Positions 29,175-38,265 of a stretch of 64,000 nucleotides of DNA are shown here, one piece after another (within the stretch, counting starts at the first letter, position 1; every line of letters starts with the position of its first letter). The position numbers and the translations under genes are program-made. The notes under the pieces are model-generated. The model was not told the origin of the DNA, did not search any database, and worked only from the letters and a program-made list of their open reading frames with translations. Source of the DNA: Methanothrix sp. (lineage in GTDB: Archaea > Halobacteriota > Methanosarcinia > Methanotrichales > Methanotrichaceae). The DNA is taken from assembly GCA_035380685.1 (NCBI GenBank), contig DAOSXX010000006.1, forward strand, positions 9,961-73,960, in the 5' to 3' direction.

Positions 29175-30344
29175 ATGACGGAAATTGGCCTTAAAGTCGT
29201 CAGGCTGCTCAGCACCACGGCGATCTTATCGCTCCTTCTTTGCCTTGGTGGGAGCGGCGTTGACCCCGAGAGCATAGAAGATAAGATATTTGATCGCACC
29301 GATCTGAGAGGAGCTGATTTATCCGGCCTTGATCTCAGCGACGCCGAGCTGAACCAGTCCGACCTGCGAGGCACGAGTCTGAAGGATGCCGACCTCCGCA
29401 ACGCCTACCTGATTTCTGCCTGGCTGGTGGACGCCGAGCTGACCGGAGCCAAGCTCAGGGGTGCGGACCTGACCGGAGCTGACCTCTCTGGCGCGATCTT
29501 GACGGGCGCAGACATCTCAGAGGCCACTCTATGGGGTGCGAAGATGTCGGAAGCCGTGCTGGTGGATTCGGATATGACGAAAGCCGACCTCACCCGGGCT
29601 GACCTGTCGGATGCCGACCTGACGGGCGCAGAGCTGACGAACGCCAGGCTCTTTCGGACCGACCTGTCGGGGGCGACGATGGTGGACGTCTACCTCATCG
29701 GCGGCAACTTCGTCGGAGCTCACATGAGCTGGGCTGACATGAGCAACAGCTATCTCAACAGGGGCCAGTTCTCAAGGGCCGAGTTCTACGGAACCGACCT
29801 CTCAGGCGCCGACCTCACCGACGCTGACTTTTCAAGGGCCTATCTTATGAGGTCAGACCTCTCCGGCGCGAACCTCAACTGGGCCCTCCTGGCGTACGCC
29901 GACCTCACCGAGGCGAAGCTTATCGGCGCCAATCTGCGCGGGACGAAGCTTCCCTATGCAGACCTCACCGGCGCGGACCTGTCAGGAGCCGACCTGACGG
30001 ACGCCGACCTTACCTCCGTTCGCCTCGTCAAAGCGAACATGACCAACGCGAGGCTCGGGCGGGTCTATCTCCAGGGGCTCGACCTCAGAAACGTGGATCT
30101 GAGTGGGGCGTACCTCAAGAACGCCAACCTCGACCGGATATACCTAACCAACGCCAACCTGACCAGGGCGGACCTGAGAGAGGCCACCCTGACCACCGTG
30201 GAGATGACGGGGGCTGACCTCTCGGGCGCAAACCTCGAGAACGTCAGGTACGACCAGTTCACCCTCTTCTCCCTCTCGAAGGCGAATATGGACGGGGTTC
30301 TGATGGGTGACGATCTGAGAAGAGATCTGGAAGCCCTGAGCTAG
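29175..30344 (+). CDS. Pentapeptide-repeat protein with an N-terminal hydrophobic leader
   Basis: About 60 tandem A(D/N)LxG/A pentapeptides (DLRGADLSGLDLSDAELNQSDLRGTSLKDADLRNA...). The longest ORF starts at 29115 and overlaps the upstream gene. The ATG at 29175 precedes the leader LKVVRLLSTTAILSLLLCLGG. Confidence 0.9.
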   Translation: MTEIGLKVVRLLSTTAILSLLLCLGGSGVDPESIEDKIFDRTDLRGADLSGLDLSDAELNQSDLRGTSLKDADLRNAYLISAWLVDAELTGAKLRGADLTGADLSGAILTGADISEATLWGAKMSEAVLVDSDMTKADLTRADLSDADLTGAELTNARLFRTDLSGATMVDVYLIGGNFVGAHMSWADMSNSYLNRGQFSRAEFYGTDLSGADLTDADFSRAYLMRSDLSGANLNWALLAYADLTEAKLIGANLRGTKLPYADLTGADLSGADLTDADLTSVRLVKANMTNARLGRVYLQGLDLRNVDLSGAYLKNANLDRIYLTNANLTRADLREATLTTVEMTGADLSGANLENVRYDQFTLFSLSKANMDGVLMGDDLRRDLEALS

Positions 30345-30454
30345 AAAGAAGGCCAGAAAAGACTCCGACGTTTGGCCAAACCGCTCGATGTCTCATCCGA
30401 TGTCCGGGATCGATGAAAGCCGAAGGTAAGAGAATGAGAGAGCCCAATTCCGGT

Positions 30455-30516
30455 GGGGCCCTCTCTCCTCAAGCCACGCCTTCAATGCCACCTGGGTCAA
30501 GCCAGAAGCGTTGAAC
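30455..30516 (-). pseudogene. Relic of the 3' end of a further beta-helix paralog
   Basis: The reverse strand reads *FNASGLTQVALKAWLEERGPH.., which matches the C-terminus of paralogs 2/3 (..FDLSPVVVKAWLEERGPD*). There is a stop just upstream and no preceding ORF. Confidence 0.6.
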
Positions 30517-30641
30517 TATCAATGAAGATGCTGCGCCTGTATCGGAGGGCGTAAAAGGCCGCTGCCCTTGGCAGAGAAAGCCCGTTTTGCCTTTTAAATA
30601 TAAATATGAGCGGGTCTTCCGCCCCCCAAGGTTCTCTCAGA

Positions 30642-32393
30642 TCACGTCCTGTTGAGGGCTGACGTCACATCGCCGATCTCGGAGACGTTCACTGCCTCCG
30701 GTATCAAGGGGCCTCTTTTTTCCTCCGACCAGACCGGCACCATCATCGGGTTGGGATCGAAGGATACCACACCTCTCCGACCTCGGATGGCGTAGGGCAC
30801 GTCGCCAATCAGATTTCCGTCGAGATCTCTGCCCGAATAGTCTCCGTAGAAGTTGGTGAGCCACCTGTTTCCGCTGTTGTCTCTGACGTTGAAATTCTCG
30901 TTATCTGTGAAAATGTTGCTGAAAAAGAGGTTCATATCGCCCTCGTAGACGTACACCCCACCGCCGTTGTGGCGAATGGTGTTGTACATGAGCAGGTTCT
31001 GGAAGCTCAAATCAAGCAATTGAGCTCCGTAATCGCTGTTGTTCGTGATGAGATTCCGATATACCATGACATTTTCCGATCCCGATACGTGAACGCCATC
31101 AGCGCCGTTGTCGCGTATATCGTTCCCCCATAATTTGCTCCGATGGCTGTTCTTCAGTTGGACGCCGTGATCGGTGTTGTTGTGGACACAGCTTTCAGAG
31201 ATGACGACGTTATCGACGAACTCCATGTTCAGGCCGAAACGGTTATGGTGGACTTCGTTGGACTCCAGGACGTTATCGCTGGAATGAACCATGATGATGC
31301 CGTTCAGGTTGTCGTGCAGATCGTTGTTCCTGATGACGTTGGTGTTGCTGCCATCCAGGTTGAGGCCGTACCTGGTGTTCCCGTAAATATCGTTATCGGA
31401 GACCATAATGCTGCTGCTGTTGTCACGCAGGGTGATCCCGTTGTACCCGTTCTGAAATATCTCGTTATTCGAAAAGGCGCTGAAATAAGATCCGTATACG
31501 CTTATTCCGTTGATATCGTTGTCGTTAACGATGTTTCCGGAGACTGTGTTGTCGTTGCTCAATCCGACCAGCAAAAGCCCATCCTCGCCAGAGCTACGTA
31601 TCACGTTATTCAAGACGAAGTTGTTGCCGGAACGGTACAGGTTTATGCCGTTGAGACGGGAGTCGTGAATCACGTTTTCTGCCAGGAGGTTGCTGCTGGA
31701 GTCCAAAAAATAGATTCCATCTTCCGCGTTGAGGCGAATATCGTTGAGGACCACATCGTTGGCCTTCGAGCCGGCAAGGCGGATCCCCACTTCGCCGTTC
31801 TCGCCGACCTCGTTTTGAACCAGCTCGTCGTTTTGAGAGCTCTCCAGAGCTACGCCCGATCCTCCGTTATGGATTATTCGATTTCCCACCACCTGGCTCG
31901 AGTTGGCCCTGATGACGCAGACGCCGCCGTACCGGTTGTCGCGTATCAGGTTCCCGAATACGAAGTGATCCCTCGAATCGCGAAGACAAAGACCGTTACC
32001 CGAAGAGCCGGATATGGTGCAGTCCAGAATCTTGCACCCGTCGGCGAGGACCAGAACGGCCCCGGAATCGAAGCTCTTATTTTTTCCTACGACGATGCTG
32101 AACCCCTCCATAGTGACGTTCTCCGAGGTGACGATGATCAGAGGGGCCGATGAGCCGCTGCCTCCGACGACGGGGCCGCCTTCGCCCTTCAACGCGATCG
32201 ACCTGTCAACCACTATGTTTTCGGGGTAAGTTCCGTTCAGGACGACGATCACGCCGCCGGTCTCGGAGGCCTTTATCGCGTCCTGGATAGTTGTGAAGTT
32301 CCCGGAGCCGTCATCGTCTACTACGACCGTCGCGCCGGAGGTGGCGCTAGTCAGGATCAAAATCAGCATCATAGAATCTGGGCATCTGAACAT
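30642..32393 (-). CDS. Secreted NosD-like parallel beta-helix repeat protein, paralog 1
   Basis: Leader MFRCPDSMMLILILTSATSGA. Entry module VVVDDDGSGNFTTIQDAIKASETGGVIVVLNGTYPENIVVDRSIALKGE. About 18 PbH1 coils of about 23 aa. C-terminal NFYGDYSGRDLDGNLIGDVPY. The ATG at 32393 has a better SD spacing than the one at 32399. Confidence 0.92.
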   Translation of the reverse strand: MFRCPDSMMLILILTSATSGATVVVDDDGSGNFTTIQDAIKASETGGVIVVLNGTYPENIVVDRSIALKGEGGPVVGGSGSSAPLIIVTSENVTMEGFSIVVGKNKSFDSGAVLVLADGCKILDCTISGSSGNGLCLRDSRDHFVFGNLIRDNRYGGVCVIRANSSQVVGNRIIHNGGSGVALESSQNDELVQNEVGENGEVGIRLAGSKANDVVLNDIRLNAEDGIYFLDSSSNLLAENVIHDSRLNGINLYRSGNNFVLNNVIRSSGEDGLLLVGLSNDNTVSGNIVNDNDINGISVYGSYFSAFSNNEIFQNGYNGITLRDNSSSIMVSDNDIYGNTRYGLNLDGSNTNVIRNNDLHDNLNGIIMVHSSDNVLESNEVHHNRFGLNMEFVDNVVISESCVHNNTDHGVQLKNSHRSKLWGNDIRDNGADGVHVSGSENVMVYRNLITNNSDYGAQLLDLSFQNLLMYNTIRHNGGGVYVYEGDMNLFFSNIFTDNENFNVRDNSGNRWLTNFYGDYSGRDLDGNLIGDVPYAIRGRRGVVSFDPNPMMVPVWSEEKRGPLIPEAVNVSEIGDVTSALNRT

Positions 32394-32423
32394 CGGCATC
32401 TCCTCTCTAAGGGATACTTGCTA

Positions 32424-32452
32424 CTGATTAATTTAAATAGGTTGTTCCAGGG
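32424..32452 (-). promoter_or_regulatory. Putative archaeal promoter (BRE/TATA) of paralog 1, class I
   Basis: The gene strand reads CCCTGGAACAACCTATTTAAATTAATCAG. The TTTAAAT core lies about 40 nt upstream of the ATG. The block is conserved upstream of paralogs 1, 2, 6, 7 and 8. Confidence 0.6.
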
Positions 32453-32566
32453 TAGAAGAGATCAATGAGGGGGTGAGGGCCTTCGATCATCGGCAAGACC
32501 GCTCGATTATTTTTCAGAATTCGAAATTGCATGGGGACTGGGGAAGAGAGGCTGAAAGGGCCCGAC

Positions 32567-34264
32567 CTAATCGGGCCCTCTCTCTTCCAGCCAAGCTTTC
32601 ACTACGACCGGGCTTAAATCAAAGGTTACTGCCCCCCTCCGACCATGGATCGGATGAGGTTCGGTTCCGACCACTCCTCCACCGATGGCTTCTCCCGAAT
32701 AGTCGCTGTAGAAGTTGGCGATCCACCTGTTGTTATCTCCGTTGTCTCTGGCGTTGAAATTCTGATTATCGACGAAGATGTTGCCGGTTATCAGGTCGAC
32801 ATTTCCCTCGTAAATGTAGATCCCGCCTCCATCGTTCTGCCGGACGACGTTGTACATGAAAGTGGTCTGAGCGGTCTGGTCGAGCATCTGGATCCCGTAT
32901 TTGCTGTTGTTTTCGATGATGTTCCGAGACGCTACGAGATTTTCCGATCCTGATACGTGAACCCCATCCCCGCCGTTTTCGCTAATGTCGTTCTCCCAGA
33001 CCTTGCTCCGATCGCAGCTCTTGAGCTGGACGGCATGATCCGAGTTATTGTACAGATCGTTGCCTGAGATGGAAGCCGCATCGGAGAACTCCATGCTCAA
33101 CCCGAAACGGTTATCGTGAATCTCGTTGGCTTCAAGAACGCTATCGCTGGAACGGGCCACGATGACGCCGTGAAGGTTGCCGTAAACGTCGTTTCCCTCC
33201 ACGAAGTTTTTGTTGCTTTCTTCCATGTAACAACCGTACCTTTTGTTCCCATGAATCTGGTTGTCGGATATCAGATTGTTGCTGCAGTTGTCGCGCAGGG
33301 AGACCCCGTTATAATTGTTGTCGAATATCTCGTTTTGGGATAACGTGCAGAAATAAGATCCGTATACGCCAATTCCATTGATGCCGTTTTCATAAAGGCT
33401 GTTTCCTATGATTATGTTGTCGTCACTGAACCCGATGACCAGGAGCCCCTCCTCGCCTGAGCCGTTAATGACGTTATTCAGCAAGAAGTTGTTTGGCGCG
33501 TGGTCCAGATTGACACCGTTGAGGACGTTATCGCTGATCCCGTTTTCTAGTATAGCAGTGTTCATGGACCCCATGAGGTGCATGCCGTCTTCTTCGTTGA
33601 GGTGAATCCTGTTGAAGAGGGCCTGGGTGTAAAACGAGCCGACGAGCTGGACCCCCGCCTCCCCGTTCTCGCAGACCTCGTTTTGGATCAGCACGTCATA
33701 TTCGCACCGGTCCAGAGCTATGCCCCACTTTCCGTTGCTGAATATGAGGTTTCCAGCCACCTGGCTGAAGTTGGCTCCGATGAGGCAGACTCCGCCGCGC
33801 CGGTTGTCGTGGATCAGGTTCCCGGATACGAGGTGATCTCTGGAATCGCGAAGACATAGGCCGTGGCCTGACGAGTCCGATATGGTGCTGTTCAGAAGCT
33901 TGAACCCGTCGGCCAGCACCACGACGGAGCCGAAATCGGAGCTGTAGTTGAGGCCGCCGGAGAAGGTGAGCCCCTCCAGGGTGACGTCATCTGACGTTAT
34001 GGTGACTAGAGGTTCTGATGATAGGATGCTGCCTTTGACGACGGTACCGTCTTCGCCCTTCAATACGACTGATCTATCCACCACGAGGTTCTCAGGGTAA
34101 GTGCCGCTCTGAACGACTATTTCGTCGCCAGCCTCTGAGGCGTTTATTGCCTCCTGGATCGTCGTGAAGTTTCCGGCGCCGTCGTCGTCAACGACGATCA
34201 TCGCGCCGGAGGCGGCACTCGCCATGAGTAAAACCAGCATAACCGAAGCGGGACATCTGAACAT
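32567..34264 (-). CDS. Secreted NosD-like parallel beta-helix repeat protein, paralog 2 (C-terminal class A)
   Basis: Same architecture as paralog 1. Ends ..NFYSDYSGEAIGGGVVGTEPHPIHGRRGAVTFDLSPVVVKAWLEERGPD*. The GTG of the longest ORF (34273) lies inside the SD GGTGAT, so the ATG at 34264 was chosen. Confidence 0.92.
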   Translation of the reverse strand: MFRCPASVMLVLLMASAASGAMIVVDDDGAGNFTTIQEAINASEAGDEIVVQSGTYPENLVVDRSVVLKGEDGTVVKGSILSSEPLVTITSDDVTLEGLTFSGGLNYSSDFGSVVVLADGFKLLNSTISDSSGHGLCLRDSRDHLVSGNLIHDNRRGGVCLIGANFSQVAGNLIFSNGKWGIALDRCEYDVLIQNEVCENGEAGVQLVGSFYTQALFNRIHLNEEDGMHLMGSMNTAILENGISDNVLNGVNLDHAPNNFLLNNVINGSGEEGLLVIGFSDDNIIIGNSLYENGINGIGVYGSYFCTLSQNEIFDNNYNGVSLRDNCSNNLISDNQIHGNKRYGCYMEESNKNFVEGNDVYGNLHGVIVARSSDSVLEANEIHDNRFGLSMEFSDAASISGNDLYNNSDHAVQLKSCDRSKVWENDISENGGDGVHVSGSENLVASRNIIENNSKYGIQMLDQTAQTTFMYNVVRQNDGGGIYIYEGNVDLITGNIFVDNQNFNARDNGDNNRWIANFYSDYSGEAIGGGVVGTEPHPIHGRRGAVTFDLSPVVVKAWLEERGPD

Positions 34265-34294
34265 CGGAATCACCTATCTGATGCATACGTGATC

Positions 34295-34323
34295 CTGATT
34301 AATTTAAATAGGTTCTTCCAGGG
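34295..34323 (-). promoter_or_regulatory. Putative promoter of paralog 2, class I
   Basis: CCCTGGAAGAACCTATTTAAATTAATCAG on the gene strand, about 40 nt upstream of the ATG at 34264. Confidence 0.6.
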
Positions 34324-34409
34324 CGAAGGAGAGCGGTGAGGGGCAACCGGTGTGTCCTGTCCCTGGATACACCGTGAGATGAGGCGGAAGAGGTTGAGAG
34401 GCCCCCGAG

Positions 34410-36107
34410 CTAGTCGGGCCCTCTCTCCTCCAGCCAGGCTCTCACTACTACGGGGTTAAGATCGAGGTTTTGGGCGCCCCTTCGCCCCCGGATCACGTAA
34501 GGCTCGGACCCGACCACGCCTAAGCTGATCGCTTCTCCCGAATAATCGTCGTAGAAGTTGGAGAGCCAATTGTTTATCTGTCCGTTGTCTCTGCCATTGA
34601 AATTCCGGTTATCTTCGAAGATGTTGCCCGTGATCAGGTTGATATGCCCCTCATAAATGTACATCCCGCCAGCGCCATTATGCTGAATAATGTTGTACAT
34701 GAAAAGGGTCTGGGTCGTATCGTCCAGCACCTGGATTCCGTATTTGCTGTTGTTTCCTATCAGGTTTCGAGATACCACAAGATATCCTGATCCCGATACG
34801 TGAACCCCATCCCCGCCGTTTTTGGTGATATAGTTCTCCCAGACGTTGCTCCGATCGCAGCTTGTAAGCTGGACGCCGTGATCAGAGTTGTTGAATACGA
34901 AGTTGTTCGCCATGGATACGCTATCGACAAACTCCATGCTCAATCCGAAACGGTTGTCATGGATCTCGTTATCCACCAGGACGTTATCGGCAGAATGGGC
35001 CATGATGACGCCGTGAAGGTTGTCGTGGACGTCGTTTCCCTCCATGAAGTTTTTGTTGCTGTCGTCCAGGTAAAAACCGTACCTTTTGTTTCCGCTGATC
35101 TCGTTGTCGGATATCAGAATGCTGCTGCTGTTGTCGCGAAGAGAGATCCCGTTGTATTCGTTGTCGAATATCTTGTTTTGGGTCAACTTGCTGAAATAAG
35201 ATCCGTACACACCGACCCCATTGATGCCGTTTTTGGAGAGGTTGTTTCCTGTGATTATGTTGCTGTCACTGGAATCGATGACCAAAAGCCCCTCCTCTCC
35301 GGAGCCCTGGATCACGTTGTTAACCAAGAAGTTGATGGGTGCGCGTTCCAGACTGACGCCGTTGAGGCCGTTATCTCGGATCTCATTTTCTACGATCGCG
35401 GAGTTCCTGGATTCTATGAGGTGTATGCCGTCTTCTTCGTTGAGGCTAATCCTGTTGTAAGCCACTTCGGTGTAAAGCGAGCTTGAGAGCTGAAATCCGA
35501 CTTCGCCGTTATCACGAATATCATTTTGAGCCAGTGTGTTAAACAAAGTGCCCTCAAGAGCTATGCCCCACTTTCCGTTCTCGAAGATCTGGTTTCCCAC
35601 CAACTGGCTGAAGTTGGCACCGGGGCCAAAGACTCCGTTGCGCTGGTTGTCGCGGATCAGGTTCCCCGATACGAGGTGATCCCTGGAGTCGCGAAGACAG
35701 AGGCCGTTGCCCGAAGAGGCCGATATGGTGTTGTTCAGAAGCTTGCACCCGTCGGCCAGCACCAGAACTGCACCGGAATCGAAATTTTCGTTGAGGCTGC
35801 CGGAGAAGCGGAACCCATCCAGGGTGACGTTCTCTGAGGTTATGGTGACGAGAGGTTCCGATGATAGGCTGCTGCCCTTGACGACCGGACCTTTTTCGCC
35901 CTTCAATACGACTGATCTATCCACCACGAGGTTCTCTGAGTACGTGCCGCTCTGGACGACTATTACGTCGCCGATCTCTGAGGCGTTTATCGCCTCCTGG
36001 ATCTTCGTGAAGTCTCCTCCACCCTCGTCGTCGACGACGATCGTCGCACCGGAGGCGGCGCTAGCCAAGATCAAAATCAGCGTCATACAGGCGGGGCATC
36101 TGAACAT
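34410..36107 (-). CDS. Secreted NosD-like parallel beta-helix repeat protein, paralog 3 (class A)
   Basis: MFRCPACMTLILILASAASGA... Ends ..GEAISLGVVGSEPYVIRGRRGAQNLDLNPVVVRAWLEERGPD*. SD AGGTGAT. Confidence 0.92.
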   Translation of the reverse strand: MFRCPACMTLILILASAASGATIVVDDEGGGDFTKIQEAINASEIGDVIVVQSGTYSENLVVDRSVVLKGEKGPVVKGSSLSSEPLVTITSENVTLDGFRFSGSLNENFDSGAVLVLADGCKLLNNTISASSGNGLCLRDSRDHLVSGNLIRDNQRNGVFGPGANFSQLVGNQIFENGKWGIALEGTLFNTLAQNDIRDNGEVGFQLSSSLYTEVAYNRISLNEEDGIHLIESRNSAIVENEIRDNGLNGVSLERAPINFLVNNVIQGSGEEGLLVIDSSDSNIITGNNLSKNGINGVGVYGSYFSKLTQNKIFDNEYNGISLRDNSSSILISDNEISGNKRYGFYLDDSNKNFMEGNDVHDNLHGVIMAHSADNVLVDNEIHDNRFGLSMEFVDSVSMANNFVFNNSDHGVQLTSCDRSNVWENYITKNGGDGVHVSGSGYLVVSRNLIGNNSKYGIQVLDDTTQTLFMYNIIQHNGAGGMYIYEGHINLITGNIFEDNRNFNGRDNGQINNWLSNFYDDYSGEAISLGVVGSEPYVIRGRRGAQNLDLNPVVVRAWLEERGPD

Positions 36108-36133
36108 CTGAAATCACCTTTATCAGGCTTTTT

Positions 36134-36160
36134 CCTCATAAATTTAAATACGTTATTGCA
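36134..36160 (-). promoter_or_regulatory. Putative promoter of paralog 3, class II
   Basis: TGCAATAACGTATTTAAATTTATGAGG on the gene strand. TATA core at 36143-36149. Confidence 0.55.
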
Positions 36161-36290
36161 AGACAAAACTCTCTCTGGAGGAAAGGACGACAATTACGGT
36201 CGGTTCTATCCGTCCCTTCCTCGTGAGGGCCGAAGTGGACAAGACTTCGATGGAATCTGGCCCATAAAAATATATGGAGGGGCCCTCCGG

Positions 36291-37979
36291 CTAGGAAGGA
36301 CCCCTCACATCCAGCCATTCCATCGCCATGAAGGGCCTGCTATCGATAGATGCCACTCCCCTGCTGCCCAGGATCACGTACGGCTCGTCCCCGACCTCGT
36401 CGCCATTAAGATCCTCTCCCGAATAGTCGCCGTAGAAGTTGCCAAGCCACTTGTTTCCTCCGTTGTCCCTGGCGTTGAAGTTCTGGTTTTCGGCGATGGT
36501 GTTGCCGGTGACCAGGTTCATCTCGCCCTCATAGATGTAAATACCTCCACCTCCGTTCTGCCGGACGGTGTTGTACATTATCAGCATCTGAGCGGACTGA
36601 TCCAGCACCTGGACGCCGTAATCGCTGTTGTTCAAGATGTCGTTCTGTGACATTATGGTATGCTCTGAACCCAGCACGTGAACGCCATCCTTCCCGTTTT
36701 TGTATATCTCGTTGTTATATATGCCGCTCCCGATGCAGCTTTTCAGCTGGATTCCGTCATCGGTGTTGTTGTGGATGCCGTTTCCAGAGATCATGACGGT
36801 ATTGACGAACTCCAGATTCAGGCCGAATCGGTTATGGTGTATCTCGTTTGAGACGAGATTGTTATCGTCGCAGCGGGACATTATGATGCCGTTCAGGTTT
36901 TCGTAGACGTTGTTATTCTGGATGAAGTTGGAGCCTGAGTCCTGAAGGTCAAAGCCGTATCTCACGTTCTGATAAACGTCGTTATCTGACACAACAACCC
37001 TGCTCGTCCCATCGCGCAGGGCGATCCCGTTGTACCCGTTTTGAAAGATCTCGTTATCGGATATCGTGCTGAAATTGGATCCGTACATCCCGATCCCGTC
37101 GATCCCGCTATCACTGACGACATTTTTGGAGATGATGTTCTCGCTTCCGGGTCCAACGACGATCACCCCATCTTCGCCTGAACCGACGATCGAGTTGTCT
37201 ATTACGAAGTTGCTGCTGGAACTTTGCAGATTGACGCCGTTGAGATCGTTATCGTGAACCTCATTTACTATCACGACGTTGCTTTTGGAGTTCAAAATGT
37301 GAATCCCGTCTTCTGAGTTCGAGCTTATCCTGTTCGCCGTGATCTCGTTGCCGATCGAACTTATGACGTGGACCCCTACCTCGCCATTTTCGCGGACTTC
37401 GTTTGACGTCAGGCCGTTGTTCAGGCAGCCGTCAAGGGTTATGCCCCAATTTCCGTTGCTAAATACCTGATTTTCTGTCACCTGGCTGGAACTGACGCCA
37501 TGCAAGCAGATGCCTCCGTACCGGTTGTCAAAGATCAGGTTCCCGGATATGAGGTGGTCCTTGGACTCACTTAGACATAGGCCGTGGCATGACGAGCTCG
37601 ATATGGTGCAGTTCAGAAGCCTGCAACCGTCCGCCAGAATCAAAACCTCTCCGGCGTTGAAGCTGTCGTTTTTGCAGCCGGAGAAGACGAGCCCCTCCAG
37701 GATGACGTTATCTGAAGTTACGGTGACAAAAGGATCTGAAAGGTCGGACCCTTTGACTAGAGGGTTATCTTCGCCCTTCAAGACGACGGGTTTATCGATC
37801 ACGAGGTTCTCGTCGTAAGTTCCGTTCCGGATGACGATCAAGCCTCCAGGCTCAGAGGCGTTTATCGCTTCCTGGATTTTCAAAAAATCTCCTAAGCCTT
37901 CGTCATCGACGACGATAGCACCCGCAGCAGCGTTTGTCAGGATCAAAATCAGCATCATCGAAGTTGGGAATCTGGGCAA
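36291..37979 (-). CDS. Secreted NosD-like parallel beta-helix repeat protein, paralog 4 (class B)
   Basis: TTG start (M)PRFPTSMMLILILTNAAAGA, preceded by GAGGTGG. Ends ..GEDLNGDEVGDEPYVILGSRGVASIDSRPFMAMEWLDVRGPS*. Confidence 0.88.
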   Translation of the reverse strand: MPRFPTSMMLILILTNAAAGAIVVDDEGLGDFLKIQEAINASEPGGLIVIRNGTYDENLVIDKPVVLKGEDNPLVKGSDLSDPFVTVTSDNVILEGLVFSGCKNDSFNAGEVLILADGCRLLNCTISSSSCHGLCLSESKDHLISGNLIFDNRYGGICLHGVSSSQVTENQVFSNGNWGITLDGCLNNGLTSNEVRENGEVGVHVISSIGNEITANRISSNSEDGIHILNSKSNVVIVNEVHDNDLNGVNLQSSSSNFVIDNSIVGSGEDGVIVVGPGSENIISKNVVSDSGIDGIGMYGSNFSTISDNEIFQNGYNGIALRDGTSRVVVSDNDVYQNVRYGFDLQDSGSNFIQNNNVYENLNGIIMSRCDDNNLVSNEIHHNRFGLNLEFVNTVMISGNGIHNNTDDGIQLKSCIGSGIYNNEIYKNGKDGVHVLGSEHTIMSQNDILNNSDYGVQVLDQSAQMLIMYNTVRQNGGGGIYIYEGEMNLVTGNTIAENQNFNARDNGGNKWLGNFYGDYSGEDLNGDEVGDEPYVILGSRGVASIDSRPFMAMEWLDVRGPS

Positions 37980-38012
37980 TCCGAACCACCTCTCTCAGCC
38001 ACATAAGTTTTC

Positions 38013-38037
38013 CTTAATTAAATATGTAATTCCATAG
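38013..38037 (-). promoter_or_regulatory. Putative promoter of paralog 4 (variant)
   Basis: CTATGGAATTACATATTTAATTAAGG on the gene strand, about 40 nt upstream of the TTG at 37979. Confidence 0.45.
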
Positions 38038-38265
38038 GATGATGAAACCTGAGCGGACGATCAGCGGGCAATCTCCAGGCGGGTGTGGGGGCACAGAGCA
38101 GCCGCAATCCACATCTCGCCTGAAGCTGTGCCGCCTGACAGAAAGGGGCCGGATCCTCGCAAAGCTCCGAAGCCCGCCCGGCCCCCTCACCGGCTGAATG
38201 CCGTACCAAAGGCGTTCGTTTCGTCCCGGCCCTCAGGAACGGTAGTTCAGGCACGACAGACTCGC

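Noticed and set aside
31143-32153. Long plus-strand ORFs inside the beta-helix genes (also 34800-35486, 44662-45555 and many shorter ones)
   Set aside because: These are antisense frames of a 69-bp-periodic repeat gene. They translate to monotonous V/D/A-rich strings. They recur in every paralog because the sense sequence is conserved, not because they code.
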